Under the pieces are notes generated by a model. That model saw nothing but the letters and a program-made list of their open reading frames with translations. It did not search any database and was not told the origin of the DNA. The position numbers and the translations under genes are program-made. Below are positions 1 through 13,885 of a stretch of DNA of 64,000 nucleotides, piece by piece (the first letter of the stretch is position 1; the number at the start of each line of letters is the position of its first letter). The stretch comes from Rhizophagus irregularis (lineage: Eukaryota): assembly GCF_026210795.1 (NCBI RefSeq), contig NC_089436.1, positions 2,728,001-2,792,000 of the forward strand, given 5' to 3'.

Positions 1-1
1 A

Positions 2-1087
2 GATGATAGTAAATGTTTTAAATATTATAAAAAGTCAGCTGATCAAGGATATTTAGAAGCTCAATTTGAACTCGGAAATTGTTATGCAAAAGGAATTGGA
101 GCTGAAGTTGATAAAGTAAAAGCATTTGAATTATATGAAATAGCGGCTGAAAAAGGACATGTTATTGCACAATATAATTTAGGTAATTGCTATAAACATG
201 GAGATAATAATGTAGAAAAAGACAAAAGAAAATGTTTTGAATATTATAAAAAGTCAGCTTATCAGGGACATTTAGAAGCCCAATTTGAGCTTGGATGTTG
301 TTATTATAAGGGAATTGGGACTGAAGTTGATAAAACAAAAGCACTTGAATTATTTAGATTAGCAGGTGAAGGAGGACATAAAAAAGCACAAAATAATCTT
401 GGCGCTTTATATTGCAATGGTAATGGTATTGAAAGAGATTTAGAAAAAGCTTTTTACTGGTTTAGCAAAGCAGCAGAAAATGGATATAGAGTAGCACAAT
501 ATAATCTAGGTGAATGTTATGAATTGGGAAATGGTGTAGAAAAAGATGAAGTTAAAGCATTCGAATTTTATAATAAATCGGCTAATAGTGGGTATAAAAA
601 TGCAAAATTTCTGCTTGGATATTTTTATGTAAATGGTATTGGCACTGAAATTAATAAAGAAAAAGGATTTGAATTATATTATAAGGCAGCTGGTTGTCAT
701 TTCGATGTTACTCTCTTTGAAAATGATGAGTTAATTGTAAAAGATTTAGATAAAGTTAATTATTGGTACCATAAAGCTGCGGAAAATGATAATAAATTTG
801 CATTATATAAATTAGGAGAATTTTATGAATTAGGCAAAGGTGTTGGAAAGAATGATATTAGATCATTTGAATTTTATAAAAAATCAGCTGCTCAAGGATT
901 TGCTGACGCTCAATATAAAATTGGATATTATTATGAGAAAGGAATTGGAACTAATATAGATAAAGAAAAGGCATTTGAATTGTATAAAATAGCTGCAACA
1001 GAAGGAAATGTCAATGCACATAAAAGTCCTGTAGATTATATGAAAAAGTTGAAGACATTGTTATTAAAGAAAAGAAAAAAAAAATAG
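2..1087 (+). CDS. Sel1-repeat (TPR-like) protein, 3' part; probably a kinase-Sel1 paralog cut by the window start
   Basis: Frame is open from base 2 into ORF 524..1087. Repeated AQxxLGxCYxxGxGxExDxxKAFxxYxKxA units; C-terminus (VKDLDKVNYWYHKAAENDNKFALYKLGE) is homologous to the end of the minus-strand gene at 4208-5338. Confidence 0.9.
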   Translation, partial: DDSKCFKYYKKSADQGYLEAQFELGNCYAKGIGAEVDKVKAFELYEIAAEKGHVIAQYNLGNCYKHGDNNVEKDKRKCFEYYKKSAYQGHLEAQFELGCCYYKGIGTEVDKTKALELFRLAGEGGHKKAQNNLGALYCNGNGIERDLEKAFYWFSKAAENGYRVAQYNLGECYELGNGVEKDEVKAFEFYNKSANSGYKNAKFLLGYFYVNGIGTEINKEKGFELYYKAAGCHFDVTLFENDELIVKDLDKVNYWYHKAAENDNKFALYKLGEFYELGKGVGKNDIRSFEFYKKSAAQGFADAQYKIGYYYEKGIGTNIDKEKAFELYKIAATEGNVNAHKSPVDYMKKLKTLLLKKRKKK

Positions 1088-4000
1088 AAAATAAAAAAAA
1101 ATTTAGAAAATGGTTGACAGAGGTGTTTAATGCTCTTTTACAATGAATCCAATTTATTAGTTATATTTTAAATTAAATATTTATCATTATTTATATTCTC
1201 ACTTTTCAGTTTTCACAAATTCTTAGTTAGTTCTTTCCTCTTTGCTTACAATTTTTGTATTTTTATGCTTACAATGTACTGACATCTTATTTTATTTATT
1301 ATTATTTTATATTTTTTTTATAAATAAATACCAAACTTTACATAGTATTAATATATATAAATTAACGCAATTCTCCAGTTAATAATTTTGATTCAATCTA
1401 CCATTCATTTATTCTTAATTAGCTCGGAGGGGTTTACTATATGGTGAACTAAAGTATTATGGCCCGAACAATAAAACAAATATGATGAATTCACATATCG
1501 AATAATTCAATCGCAAATTTACTTTAATTTGATTCTCGAACTTAATTTTGTTAAAACCATAGTTTTTAGTACTTGGTAATCACAAGAAAGGTTTAAAGAC
1601 AGACGTAAACACTAAAATTTCCTAAGAGTTATTCAATACAGGTGCGAACATTTTACTAAAAATTAACTCTGAAACTTTTCCTGATAACAGTTAAATGGTG
1701 AGTTTTGGGTTGTAGTAATCTCCTAGATAATTTTTTTATTGTATTTTCAAATTATTATGTTCAGGCACAGATTATTTTTGTTTTATTCGGCCGCATCATT
1801 TCAAATGTTTATTTACGAGAACCTAAAAATTTTGTTTGTGTGACCTTACATAAATGATATTTCCAGGAAATTTTATTAAATGTTTCTAGTATTGCGCTTT
1901 AATGAACTAATTCGTGAATTAATTATCAAGGTCAGTTTTACTATTACACATCTTAAGATAACTCCTTGACGCATGTACAGTAAGTCTTTAAGAGAAAATT
2001 CATTTTAATCAAATTTATATAAAGAAAAATTCACAATATAAAAATTTCTGAATAAATTAAAATTTGCTTCAAAAAATGACAATGATTAATTATTAAAATG
2101 TTTAAAGATTTTTTTTTTTTTCATCAAACAAAATTTATGCGGATACTAACTAAAAGTGATTATAATTATCAAATCATTACTAATTTATGCTAGTATTTAA
2201 TTTTGATGTAATTCTTAAGTTCTAATGACATCATGATTTGACATCATCTTCAGGAGCTTATAATATTTAAGACTAAAACTAAAGTTGAAATGTCATGGAA
2301 ATTAAATCAACTTTCGTACTTATTTTATCATCCTAAGCGCACATTATAAAGAAATTAAGCCATAAGTAGACTAATAAATTTTTAAAAATATAATAAATAG
2401 TTAAATAACAAATAATAAATTAGAAGATAAACTATAAATAGGGGTCTGTTTAAAATACTCAATTTACTTTAAAAATAAACAATAATATTTTCATATTATT
2501 GCAACACATAACAAATAAAATTAATGTATTTTAAGTACTAGGTCATTAGGTAATCCATAAAGTCGTAACCGACCTAATTTCCAGCGTATTTTAGGCTATA
2601 TTCACGTGAAATTTTATAATTAATTTATACAGTAGTATAAAACGAACTTCATTTAAATAGTACATATCTTGTGCAACTTAAATAGATTCAGATTTTACTT
2701 TGTTTTGGCAAAATCATTTACTAATCGGTAAATCTACCCATTCAAGAAATTATACATAGTTATAGTCTTCTGGCTTACAAATTGAATCTTACCAATACCA
2801 GCAGGATTTCCACTAGTCATCCTTCCATTACTCATAATCTTTTACATCATAATTCTTCAGTAAAGGTTTATTTCAATACAAATAATTTTGGTATCGGATA
2901 TAATTTGCCAACACGGTTTCCATTGGTTATATTTAAAACTTACTTTATTGAGAAAAACATACATATTTCTTTTTTTAACAAAAATTTTATAAATTTTACG
3001 AAATAATTTAAATTAAGTTACTAAAAAAAATATTTTTAATCTAAAAGTAGAAATTACACCAATTTTTTTCGGGTCATATTTTTTCCAGTTTATGCAAATT
3101 TTGTACTTGTATTACCTTTCCATTTAAAATTTGTACTCTACGATTGATTATATAAATATTCTCTCATATAAAGGTTCAAATAATTAGTAATTAATGCATC
3201 TTTCCATTCTAGTTATTTTTAATTTTAAAATATTTTAAAAAATATTAAATTTTAAAAACATCATTAACATATCAAATAATAAAACGTTAACGAAAATGCA
3301 AAAAGTAAAATCGTGCCAAGAATTCTGGTTCGGTTTAATTCGAGCCAAGTATCAAAATATGGACAAACGCAGGCTTTTAATCGTAAATTTATTTTGAATT
3401 TGATTATTATGTGAATTTTTTCTTTTTTCTCCTACTTTCTAATCAATTAAAAATAATTGTTAATTAAATTCATAAAATCTTAAATCTTTATCAAAATTTT
3501 TAAAATACTAATGAATACAATATACCCTTATTATTAATGGTTGCTGAGCTAATTGTCAACCAAAAAAATTTTTTTTTTCTAATATAATTGGTTCAGGTAA
3601 TTTTTTTTGAAAAAAGCTAAAAGTATCACTAATTAGTTTATATTAATCTTATTTTATTTTATTTATTTATTTTTGGTGCATTATCGAAGCTACAATAATG
3701 CTTCGATGTAATCCTAACCATAAGTTTATAGATGGTACCATTTTTTATTTTAAATATTTTTAAAGTTATTGAATGTCGTAACGCCAATTTTTGTAAAAAT
3801 ACTGAAAAAGTTAATTTTTCAATTACACTTTAAGAAAACAGTTAAATAATACTATTTCTGGTTGATTATTAATTAATATTTTTTTTCATCATTTATACTT
3901 TGTTATTAGAATTGTTGCCTTTAAATAATTTTTAATAAAAAACGATTCTTTCCATAGATAACGCGATATCAAAAAAAAAACATTTTTGTTCAAGACGTGA

Positions 4001-4207
4001 AGAGAGAAATTCAAGTAAAAATTATGGATTTTATCATTATATTTAAGTAACTGAACGTAACGTTAAAAGAATAGATTTTATTATGATAAATATAAAATGT
4101 ACAGTAATAACAGTAAGTAAAATTTAAATATGAACATTCAAATTGAAATTATGTACTTTTAACAAAGGTGATAATAACAATCACATTTGCTTAGTAGGTT
4201 TGCTATT

Positions 4208-7200
4208 TTATTCATTGCGATTCAAACATTCTTTATCTTGTTTGTGAAATAATGCAAGACATTTTTTCGCATCACTATTTCCTCCCTCAGCTGCTTCTTT
4301 ATATAAATTATATGCTTTTTCTTTATTAATATCAACTATAATTCCATGAAAAAAGTAAAATCCAATTTTATATTTACCATTTATACACCCCCTTTCAGCT
4401 GCTTGATTATAATAATCAAATGCTCTAGTTACATCTTTAATAACACCTTTTCCTAATTCATATATTTCTCCTAATTTATATAATGCCATTTTATTATCAT
4501 TTTCTGCTGATTTTTGATACCAATAATTAACTTCATTTAAATCTTTTACTATTTCTTCATTTTTATAGATTGATTTAAGACAGTCTAGTACATTACTATT
4601 TCCTTTTTCAGCCACTTCGTTATATAATTCAAACCCCCTTTTTCTGTTTATTTTTGTTCCAATTCCGTTTACATAGCAATACCCAAGATGAAATTTTGCA
4701 TTGATATGTCCCTTTTCGGCTGATTTTTCATATAATTCAAATGCTTTAGTTTTATCTATATCTGTACCTAGTCCTAATTCATAACATATAGCTAAGCTAT
4801 TATATACATATTCATCTGCTGCTTTCTGGAGCCAATAAACGGCTTTTTTAGGATCCCTTTCAGGTACTTCGCCTTTCATGTATAGATAACCAAGATTAAG
4901 TTGCGCTATTTTATCATTTTTTTCAGCTGCTTCTTTATATAATTCAAATGCCTTTGGTTTATTGATTTCTGTTCCAATTCCTTCATCATAACAATAACCA
5001 AGACTAACTTGAGCAGGTAAATACCCTTGATCAGCTGCTATTTTATATAATTCAAATGCTTTTTTTTTATTGATTTCTATTCCAATTCCTTCATTATAAC
5101 ATCTGCCTAAATTATATTGTGCTTTATTATATCCACTATCTGCTGCTTTGTTATACCAATAAACAGCTTGTTTTGAATTCTTTCTAGTTCCTTCGCCATT
5201 TTCATATAATATTCCTAAATAACTTTGTGCAATTTTATTTTCTTTTTCAGCTGCTATTTTGTATAATTCAAATGCTTTTGTTTTATCAACTTCAGTACCA
5301 ATGCCTTCACAATAACAATATCCAATTAACTTGAGCATCTAAATATCCTTGTTCAGCAGATTTTTCATAACATTTAAATGCTTTTCTTTCATCTTTTTCT
5401 ACACCAATTCCATTTTCATAACATCTGCCTAAATTATATTGTGCTTTATTATATCCACTACCTGCTGCTTTGTTATACCAATAAACAGCTTGTTTTAAAT
5501 TCTTTTCAGTTCTTTCGCCATTTTCATATAATATACCTAAATAATTTTGTGCAATTTTATTTTCTTTTTCAGCTGCTATTTTGCATAATTCAAATGCTTT
5601 TGTTTTATCAACTTCAGTACCAATACCTACATAATAACAATATCCAATTTTAACTTGAGCATCTAAACATCCTTGCTCAGCTGATTTCTTATAATATTCA
5701 AATGCTTTATTTTCATTTTTTTCAACACCAAATCCATTTTGATAACTTATACCTAGATTATATTGTGCCAATACATTTCCATTTTCTGCTGCTTTGTTAA
5801 ACCAATAAATGGCTTGTTTTAAATCCTTTTTTATATCTTCACCATTTACATATAAGTAACCTATTTTATTTTGTGCTATACTATCACCTTTTTCTGCAGC
5901 TTCTTTATATAATTCAAATGCCATTATTTCATTAACTTTGGTTCCAATTCCTTCATGGTAACAACAACCAAGTTTATGTTGAGCATCTAAATATCCTTGT
6001 TCGGCTGATTTCTTATAGTATTCAAAGGCTTTTCTTTCATCTTTTTCTACACCAATTCCATTTTGATAACATGTAGCTAAATTACATTGTGCTACTTCAT
6101 ATCCATTTTCTGCTGCTTCATTATACCAATAAACAGCTTGTTTTGAATTTACTTCTATTCCTTCGCCATACTCATAAGAATATCCTAATGCATTTTGTGC
6201 AGCAATATGTCCTCTCTCAGCTGCTTCTTTATATAATTCAAATGCTTTTGTTTTATTAATTTCTGTTCCAATCCCTTTATCATAACAATTTCCAAGTTCA
6301 AATTGTGCGCTTAAATATTCTTGTCCAGCTGATTTTTTAAAATATTTAAATGCTTTTTTTTCATTTTTTTCAACATAGCTGTAATGTATGCCTAAGTTAT
6401 ATTGTGCTATCTCATCTCCATGATTTGCTTTTGCATTATTGGTTGTAGTATTAAAATAGCAATATCCAAGCTTAAATTGAACATTTAAATATTCTTCAGC
6501 TGAATTTTTAAATTCTCTGGCTTCATTTTTTTTAATTTGATAGTGTCTATCCAAATTATATTGTGCTGTTTCATTTCCACTTTCTGCTGCTTTATTATAC
6601 CAATAAACAGCTTGTTTTATATCTTTTTTTGTCCCTTCACCTTTTTCATATAAACATCCTAAACAATTTTGTGCCCAACTATTTCCCTTTTCTGCTACTA
6701 CTTTGTATAATTCAAATGCCTTTGTTTTATTAATTTCTGTCCCAATTCCTTCATCATAACAAAATCCAAGTTGAAATATAGCATCTAAATATCCTCGATC
6801 TGCTGATATTTTATAATACTCAAATGCTTTTTTTTCATCTTTTACAACACCATTTCCACCTTCATAACATCTGCCTAAATTATATTGTGCTTTATTATAT
6901 CCACTATCTGCTGCTTTGTTATACCAATAAACAGCTTGTTTTGAATTTTCTTCTATTCCTTCGCCATACTCATAAAAAGATCCTAATGCATTTTGTGCAG
7001 CAATATGTCCTCTCTCAGCTGCTTTTTTATATAGTTCAAATGCTTTTGTTAAATTAAGTTCTGTTCCAATCCCTTTATAATAACAATATGCAAGTTGATC
7101 TAATGAATTTAGATTCATATATTTCATTGATATTTTAAAATATTCAAAATCTTTCTGATTACTAATTTTATTATTATTATTAGGTACTAGACATTTTGTA

Positions 7201-9958
7201 CTTTCATTGGCAAGTTTTTCAAATAACTTAAATGCCTTTACCTCATCTTTATCAACTCCTTCTCCAGTTCTATAGTGCAAACCTAATAAATATTGTGCAT
7301 GTTTATATCCTTTCTCAGCAATTATCTTAACTAACTCATATGCTTTCACTCTATTTGTTTCAGTTCCTAACCCGTATCCATAGTAATAAATAAGCTGAGA
7401 TTGTGCATTTATGTATTCTTGCTCAGCTGATTTCTTATATAATTCAAATGCTTTTCTTGCGTCTTTTCTCACACCATGTCCCAATTGATAGCATCCACCT
7501 AAATTAAATTGTGCAAATTTACATCCATTTGCTGCCGCTTTTTGCAAATAATAAAATGATTTTTCACAATTTGATTTTAATAATATTTTACCAATGTAGT
7601 ATAATCCAAGTTGGCTTAATCTTTTTGAAAATAATGTTTTGTAAAATCTAATTTTCTTATGCTTGTCTATCTTAGAACTTATTGTTTTGTTATAATAATT
7701 TTTAAGATTATTTTTTGCTACAATATTTCCATTATTTGCTGCTTTTTCATACCAATATTTTGCCTGCGTTGTATCCAATTTGGTTCCAATTCCATTATAA
7801 AAACAATCTCCAAGTTTTAGTTGAGCATCAACAATTTTTTTATTAGCCAATGTTTTATAATATTTAAATGCTTTAATTTCATTTTTATCGATTCCTCTTC
7901 CTAATCTATAGCAGTTTGCAAGATAAAGTTTTGCACTTGTATTACCACTTTTAGCTGCTTTTTTATACCAATAAACTGATTCTACTTCATTATTTATTGA
8001 TTCATAAAGTTTTCCTAAATAAAATTGGCCAATAATACTTCCATTTTTTGCTGATTCTTGATAGTATTTAAAAGCCAAAGGATGGTCTAAGGTTGTTCCA
8101 TATCCATCATAATAACATTTGGCAAGATAAACTTTAGCAATCAAACAATTATCATTTGCTGCTTTTGAAAACAGTTCAAATGATTTAATGCTATTTTCTT
8201 CTTTTTCATCTACACCAATATTATAATAATAAAATAATCCAAGAAGCCATCCATATTTTGATTCATTTTTATTACTTGATAACCAATCTATAAGATTATT
8301 AAAAATTGATTGCAACATCTTTTTGGTAAGTAGTTGTTGAACTTGATCAAAGGTATATAAGAGATTGTTAAAATCTTGATATATTTTTTTAGTAATTATC
8401 AGTTGAATTTGATCGTCAAAGGTAATTCCACCATCGTGTTTTGTAATTATATAATCAATTAATCCATCAACTATTGCACCAGATTTCGTCTCGTTCATAT
8501 CTATAGATTTTTGGTCTAACGTGTCTGACAAGCTTGATAGATTACTTTTAGACTCCATAATATCCGTATGATTTTGTGAACTTGAGTTACTTTCATATAT
8601 ATTATTTTCTAACGATGCAATATGTGAAGTACTAGTAATGTTTAGGTCTTTATTTATATCCACGGTCACATTGCTTGACTTTGAGATTGATCCGTATTTT
8701 GCCGATGATGAATAAGTACCTTCATTGAAACTATAACTAGTAATTTCAGAAGGAATGGATTCTTTAAGCGTTAAAATAACTACTTGCATATTTGGACGTT
8801 CATTTGATTCATTTTTCCAACATTCTAACCAATTAATAAATAAAATTAATAAACATAATGTATACTAAAATACAGTATTAATCATATAATTTAATTTGTT
8901 ACCTGTATATAAATCTCTATATTTATCAGGAGTTCCATCAATAACTTTTTCCCTTTTACCATTTATTAAAGATAAACTAAAATTAGCATCATGTTCAATA
9001 CCTTCACCGGAAAATGGTTTGTGTCCACTTGAAATTTGCCACAATAAAACTCCAACGCTATACACGTCTGATTTTTTATTTAATTTATAATTTTGATCAT
9101 TGAGTCTCTTCGGATCCACGTAGGGTATTACACCACATATTCTCGATGTGAAACTTGATGTTTCAGTAACTTTTTTTGATAAACCAAAGTCTGCTAATTT
9201 AATACTTTTTTGGTGTATAAGTATATTCCCTGAATGCTAAATTGTACAAAAAATTTCATTAATCATATAACATGTTACAATAAAAACAATAATGATTAAC
9301 ATATATTACCAGATCACGATGAACAATATCATTATCATGTAAATATCCTACAGCATTTGCCAGCTGTAACGCTAAACGAAATTTATCATTCCAATCCAGA
9401 TTATTAAAATTTTTGTCTAAATAAGTATTTAACGTACCACCATTGGCATATTCCAGTACTAATGAATAATTGTTTATATGTTGAGTTGGATCTGCTAAAT
9501 AATAAATATTTTTATATGCATTTAGTAAGGAAAGTATAAAATTAATTTATTTATTTCATTGCAAATTTTTAATACTTACTGATTTCTATTTTTGTGATTC
9601 CATGAAATCGTATGATGTTTCCATAGTCATCAATACTTCTGTGTAACTTTAACTGTTGACGTATTACATAAAGTATTATTAATTATCATTAATTAATTCA
9701 TAGTACCGACTATTAAATATTTACCTCTTTTATGATTTCTTCAAGAGTTTGTTTATCATTACTAAAAGATTTCAAGGCGAAGAAATGATCATCAGTATTT
9801 TTCCAATTAGCACGATTGACTTCTCCATAAGAACCATTTCCTATTGGTCGAATATTTTTGAAGTCTGAATATTCATAATATTTGATATGTTCATCGGCAA
9901 TTGACCTTTCCAGCCAATCAATATAATTATTTGAATCTTTTAAAGTTTTAACTGTCAT
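4208..9958 (-). CDS. Tyrosine-kinase-like protein kinase fused to a long Sel1-repeat array; 5 exons; 2-bp frameshift near 5325 (truncated allele or assembly error)
   Basis: Exons 9958-9725, 9652-9580, 9494(or 9491)-9310, 9236-8903, 8824 onward, all GT-AG. Spliced product has GNGSYG, FALK, HRDL|HSGN, DFG, SDVYSVG, CW..RP, then Sel1 repeats in ORFs 5307..8789 and 4208..5338. Confidence 0.9.
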
Positions 9959-10021
9959 GTTTTTATTTATTTATTTTCCGGATTAAAGTTGAATGTGTAA
10001 AGTTGGACGTATTTGCGTATT

Positions 10022-10029
10022 CTTTTATA
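10022..10029 (-). promoter_or_regulatory. Candidate TATA box (TATAAAAG) of the minus-strand kinase-Sel1 gene
   Basis: Lies in a ~30-bp block that is conserved upstream of the paralog at 61230 (TATAAAAG at 61184-61191). Confidence 0.5.
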
Positions 10030-10810
10030 TTCAATGATAGATCGGCGAAAATTTCGTTACGAAATTGGCAAATCTAAATGGTCATTGTTCTTAATAGGAA
10101 ATCATCGCCTCAAATTATGTTACATTCGTAAAACATAGTACAAAAATGCAAATTAATTTTGGAATATTCCTAACTTCTTATTATTAATAGAATATATAAA
10201 TTTAGAATATTTTTATTTATAATATAAAATACATAAAAAAAGAAATAAATTCTTTCATCGGTGAGAAAACTCCGCACGCATAATATGTAAACAAATAAAA
10301 AAAAAAGGAAATTATAATTAGATTTTTTTTTCTTTTTTTAAAGAAAAATACAATCAAATTTGATACTCTTTCATGAATATGGTAAGTATTACAATAATTA
10401 TATATAATATTTCGATATTTCGCTGCTGGATTTCAAGAAAAAAAAAAATTATGAATATTGTGCTCAAAAATCGCTAAAATAAGGCATAGTACAACATAAG
10501 GATTTTTCTTGATATTTTTTAATTTTCCAAATTATTTTTTTAAAAAAAAATAACGAAATTAACAACTTTAAAAGATTACGAGCCGAAATTCTAAAATTAT
10601 GCTGAATGATATTTTATCTCATAAATCATAGAATTAAATTAAATAAGAACTAAAATTTGAAAATAAAAATTGAAAGCAAAAATATTTTTTTAACGTTATC
10701 TGAACATTAAAAAAAAAAATTTTCATACGTACCATTTCAAAAGTTATTTTAGACATCCTAAATTTATAAAGATCGAAACAGAAGTTTATGCTCTATTTTA
10801 TTCACAAATA

Positions 10811-10841
<31 letters not shown>

Positions 10842-10903
10842 ATCACTCAAGTATAAATCATTATTGGTATCTTGGTATCTTTTATTTTGTTTTTAATTTA
10901 TAA

Positions 10904-11336
10904 CTAGCAGCCCGTTGCTTCGCATCGGGTTGTATAAATTGATTGATCGTCATTTTTGATCACACGTTTATCAAATTTAGATCTTTGCTAAAGAATTTAT
11001 AACGTGGGGGGTCATTTTAATTTTGGGAGAAAATTGCAAAGGTATAATTCCGGCCCAGAATTATACAAATTTCCTTTTCCTGCACATTACAGCATTAGTA
11101 ATTAGAATGAATTTGCCGATCAAGTGGTCTTAACTATTAAGCATAGATCAGGCGCAAACACATTAATAGATCATATTAAATGTTACACAATATTAGTAAT
11201 TAATAATGTATGTCTATAAGAAAAACGTAATAGATCAGGTGTTAGAGGCGCAAAAACACATTGGACAATTCAAAGATTATTTATATAGACTAATCTAAAC
11301 GTTAGTCACACAAACACAATTTTTTAATTATATAGA
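10904..11336 (-). mobile_element. Non-autonomous Helitron (~430 bp)
   Basis: Minus strand reads A|TCTATATA at the 5' end, has a 3' hairpin CCCGATGC-GAA-GCAACGGG and ends CTAG|T. No TSD. Internal sequence is homologous to 23590-23975. Confidence 0.75.
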
Positions 11337-13190
11337 TAAAGAATATTTTACAAATTTTCTTATAAAACGTTATTTGATTTTTTAATCATTTTTTAATAGC
11401 AAAAACATTTATTATTATAGATATATTTTTACAATTAGTAGTACAATACTAAACAGCTCTGATTGTTAGATATCTCATAAATTTGATGGCAATTTTTGTT
11501 TTAAACGTATCTCTGACAATTCTTAATTGGAAAATCAAGAAAAATGTCTCACAAAACTCGATCATTCATTATAAACAAATAAACACCAAATAAGCAAACA
11601 AATAACTATCCGTTTATCCGGTTAGATTGACATCAAGCAACACATAAAAGAATGTGTAGATCCTCATAATGCATTACATAATTCTGGCCCTGAAGAGATA
11701 ATAGTAAAATGAGTGCGTTATCAGCGGAACGGCCGGATTAACGAACTTGTCTTTTACACTGTTACACGAATTTTTATTTTAAGCTAGACTCAGTTCTAGG
11801 GCTCCACTTTTTTCAGGTTACTCAAAAGACCCGGTTTGACCTGAAAAATTTGGGGTTTTGATCCTAATTGGTCCATTGAAAAAAAATTTTTACATCAATA
11901 GATTACTTTGTGAATGATCTATTTATTTTGGAAAATTTAATTAGAGAAATTTAATTTAGAAGAATATTGGATGGATCTTGGACATAAATTATTAATTCTT
12001 TATTTATTTATTTTTTTTTTGGTAAAATGAGATACTTTCTATAAATTGAAACTTCTTTCCATACTGCAACTTAATACAGGCAACCAGCTATAAACAAGTA
12101 TAATTTTAAAGTTTCAATTTATAGCAATATTTTGGGATGAAATCGTAAAACCTTTCGTAGGATTCTTTAATATGATGTATTTAATGGTAATCAATTTGTG
12201 TAAATATAATAAAATTTTGGTTTTAAAAATTTTTTTTTTAAAACCGAATATATGTTGTCGAAATAATAACTTCAGAGCCGCAGAAACAGATTGTAGGTTA
12301 AACTGTCGTTTCATGCGTCTACATAATTTGATCAGATCAGGCCAAGAAAGTAAGTCGTAAAGAACGTAATTTTGCACGCATATGTACTACTTAATAAATA
12401 CTCATGTTGAATATTTATTACATTTATGTCAAATTTATTCATCTCTTTTTCTTTTATCGATGATGCTGTAAATATTTATTAATATTTTGTGATAATTTGA
12501 ATAACCAAACAGGGAGAAGGAATTATTTTAAAATACACATCAATCTTCTTTTCTCGTTAAAAAAAGCGATTTTTTCTGACACTACGGTCTATTACCACTT
12601 TTTATAAATGTTACATCCAAATTGAACAATAGTCATTCTATATTTTACAGAAAGAATACTAGACGGCTAAGTACTTGGGAGAGAAAAACGATATTTTAAT
12701 GTAATAGAAATCGAATTATTTAAATAATTGTTTAAAAATTTTGTCAGATAATAACATTTCAATATGTGATCATGGTAGATGAATGACAACTATAAGAGCC
12801 ATAAAATTGTTGAAGGTAATTTGAATTAATAGATATATTTAACATCAAAGATTATAGAATGTGGAGAAATCAATTAATAAATAGGAAAGTTTTATTTTTA
12901 TGTCAAATTATAGAACGTGATAAGGTCACACTAGACATTTTTGTGTTGAAATAAATCCATCGTTAATAGGATGAGAACCTAAATTAATAAGAAATTAAAA
13001 TCGTTAACGTGTAAAGATGATAGTCGAAAATTAAAAGATAATTTTATTTTAATTCAGCAAAATTAAAGAGAATAAAGAGCGAAGAAGAGGGAAATATAAA
13101 ATATAATAAGAATAAGGTGATTCATACTTAGGACGAAAAATATAAAAGAGAAATCCAAAAGTAAAAATCATGAGGCGATAGTAGCGATAG

Positions 13191-13762
13191 TAGGGATGGC
13201 AACGGTCACGGTCATTAACCGATTATGACCGGTCATGACCGTGACCGATATCGGTCGGTCAAGACTTCTGACCGACCGTTTGACCGATCATTATTAGTCC
13301 GGTTTTTGACGTTTCCGCAACATTTTTATTTAAAAAACGTTGCGAAAACGTTTTTTTATTAATAATTTAACGTTTTTCGCAAACGTTTTTAATTAATTTT
13401 ACAAAAAACGTTGCGAAAACCTTTTTTATTAATAATTTAACGTCTTTCGCAAACGTTTTTAATTAATTTAACAAAAAAACGTTGCGAAAACGTTTTTATT
13501 AATAATTTAATTAAAAAAAAAAACGTTTTCGCAACGTTTTTTAATTATTTTAATAGAAAAAAAAACGGTTTCGCACGTTTTTTTAATTGCCTTAATAAAA
13601 ACGCTGCGAAAATGTTTTTTATAATGATCGGTCAAACCGGTCGGTTAAACGGTCTGTCAAACGGTCAGCCATAGCGATCGGTCAGAACGGTCGGTCGGTC
13701 AAAGGTTCTTGACCGGTTATGACCGACCGATGACCGACCATGACCGACCGTTACCATCCCTA
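13191..13762. mobile_element. hAT-type MITE
   Basis: TIRs TAGGGATGGCAACGGTC / GACCGTTACCATCCCTA (1 mismatch, Ac/Ds-like start); 8-bp TSD agcgatag/ggcgatag; many subterminal CGGTC/GACCG motifs and internal AAAACGTTGCGAAAA repeats. Confidence 0.85.
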
Positions 13763-13885
13763 GGCGATAGGTACTCATTAATAGTTGATCGTAATTGTTT
13801 ATTTGAAAATTCTCCATGGTTATTGAAATATAGTGGATGTGGTATAGGGAAAGTGAATGTTTGATCTATTTACCATCAGATGAGG

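Noticed and set aside
5378..7057. Antisense ORFs over Sel1, TLDc, ORF1 and transposase genes
   Set aside because: Shadows of real coding frames with no independent features.
4208..8789. Bacterial contamination or recent transfer of Sel1 genes
   Set aside because: The array is fused to a spliceosomal-intron-containing kinase and matches local base composition.
13300..13620. Regular repeats resembling a CRISPR array
   Set aside because: They occur in both orientations inside a hAT MITE, spacers are not unique, there are no cas genes and the context is eukaryotic.
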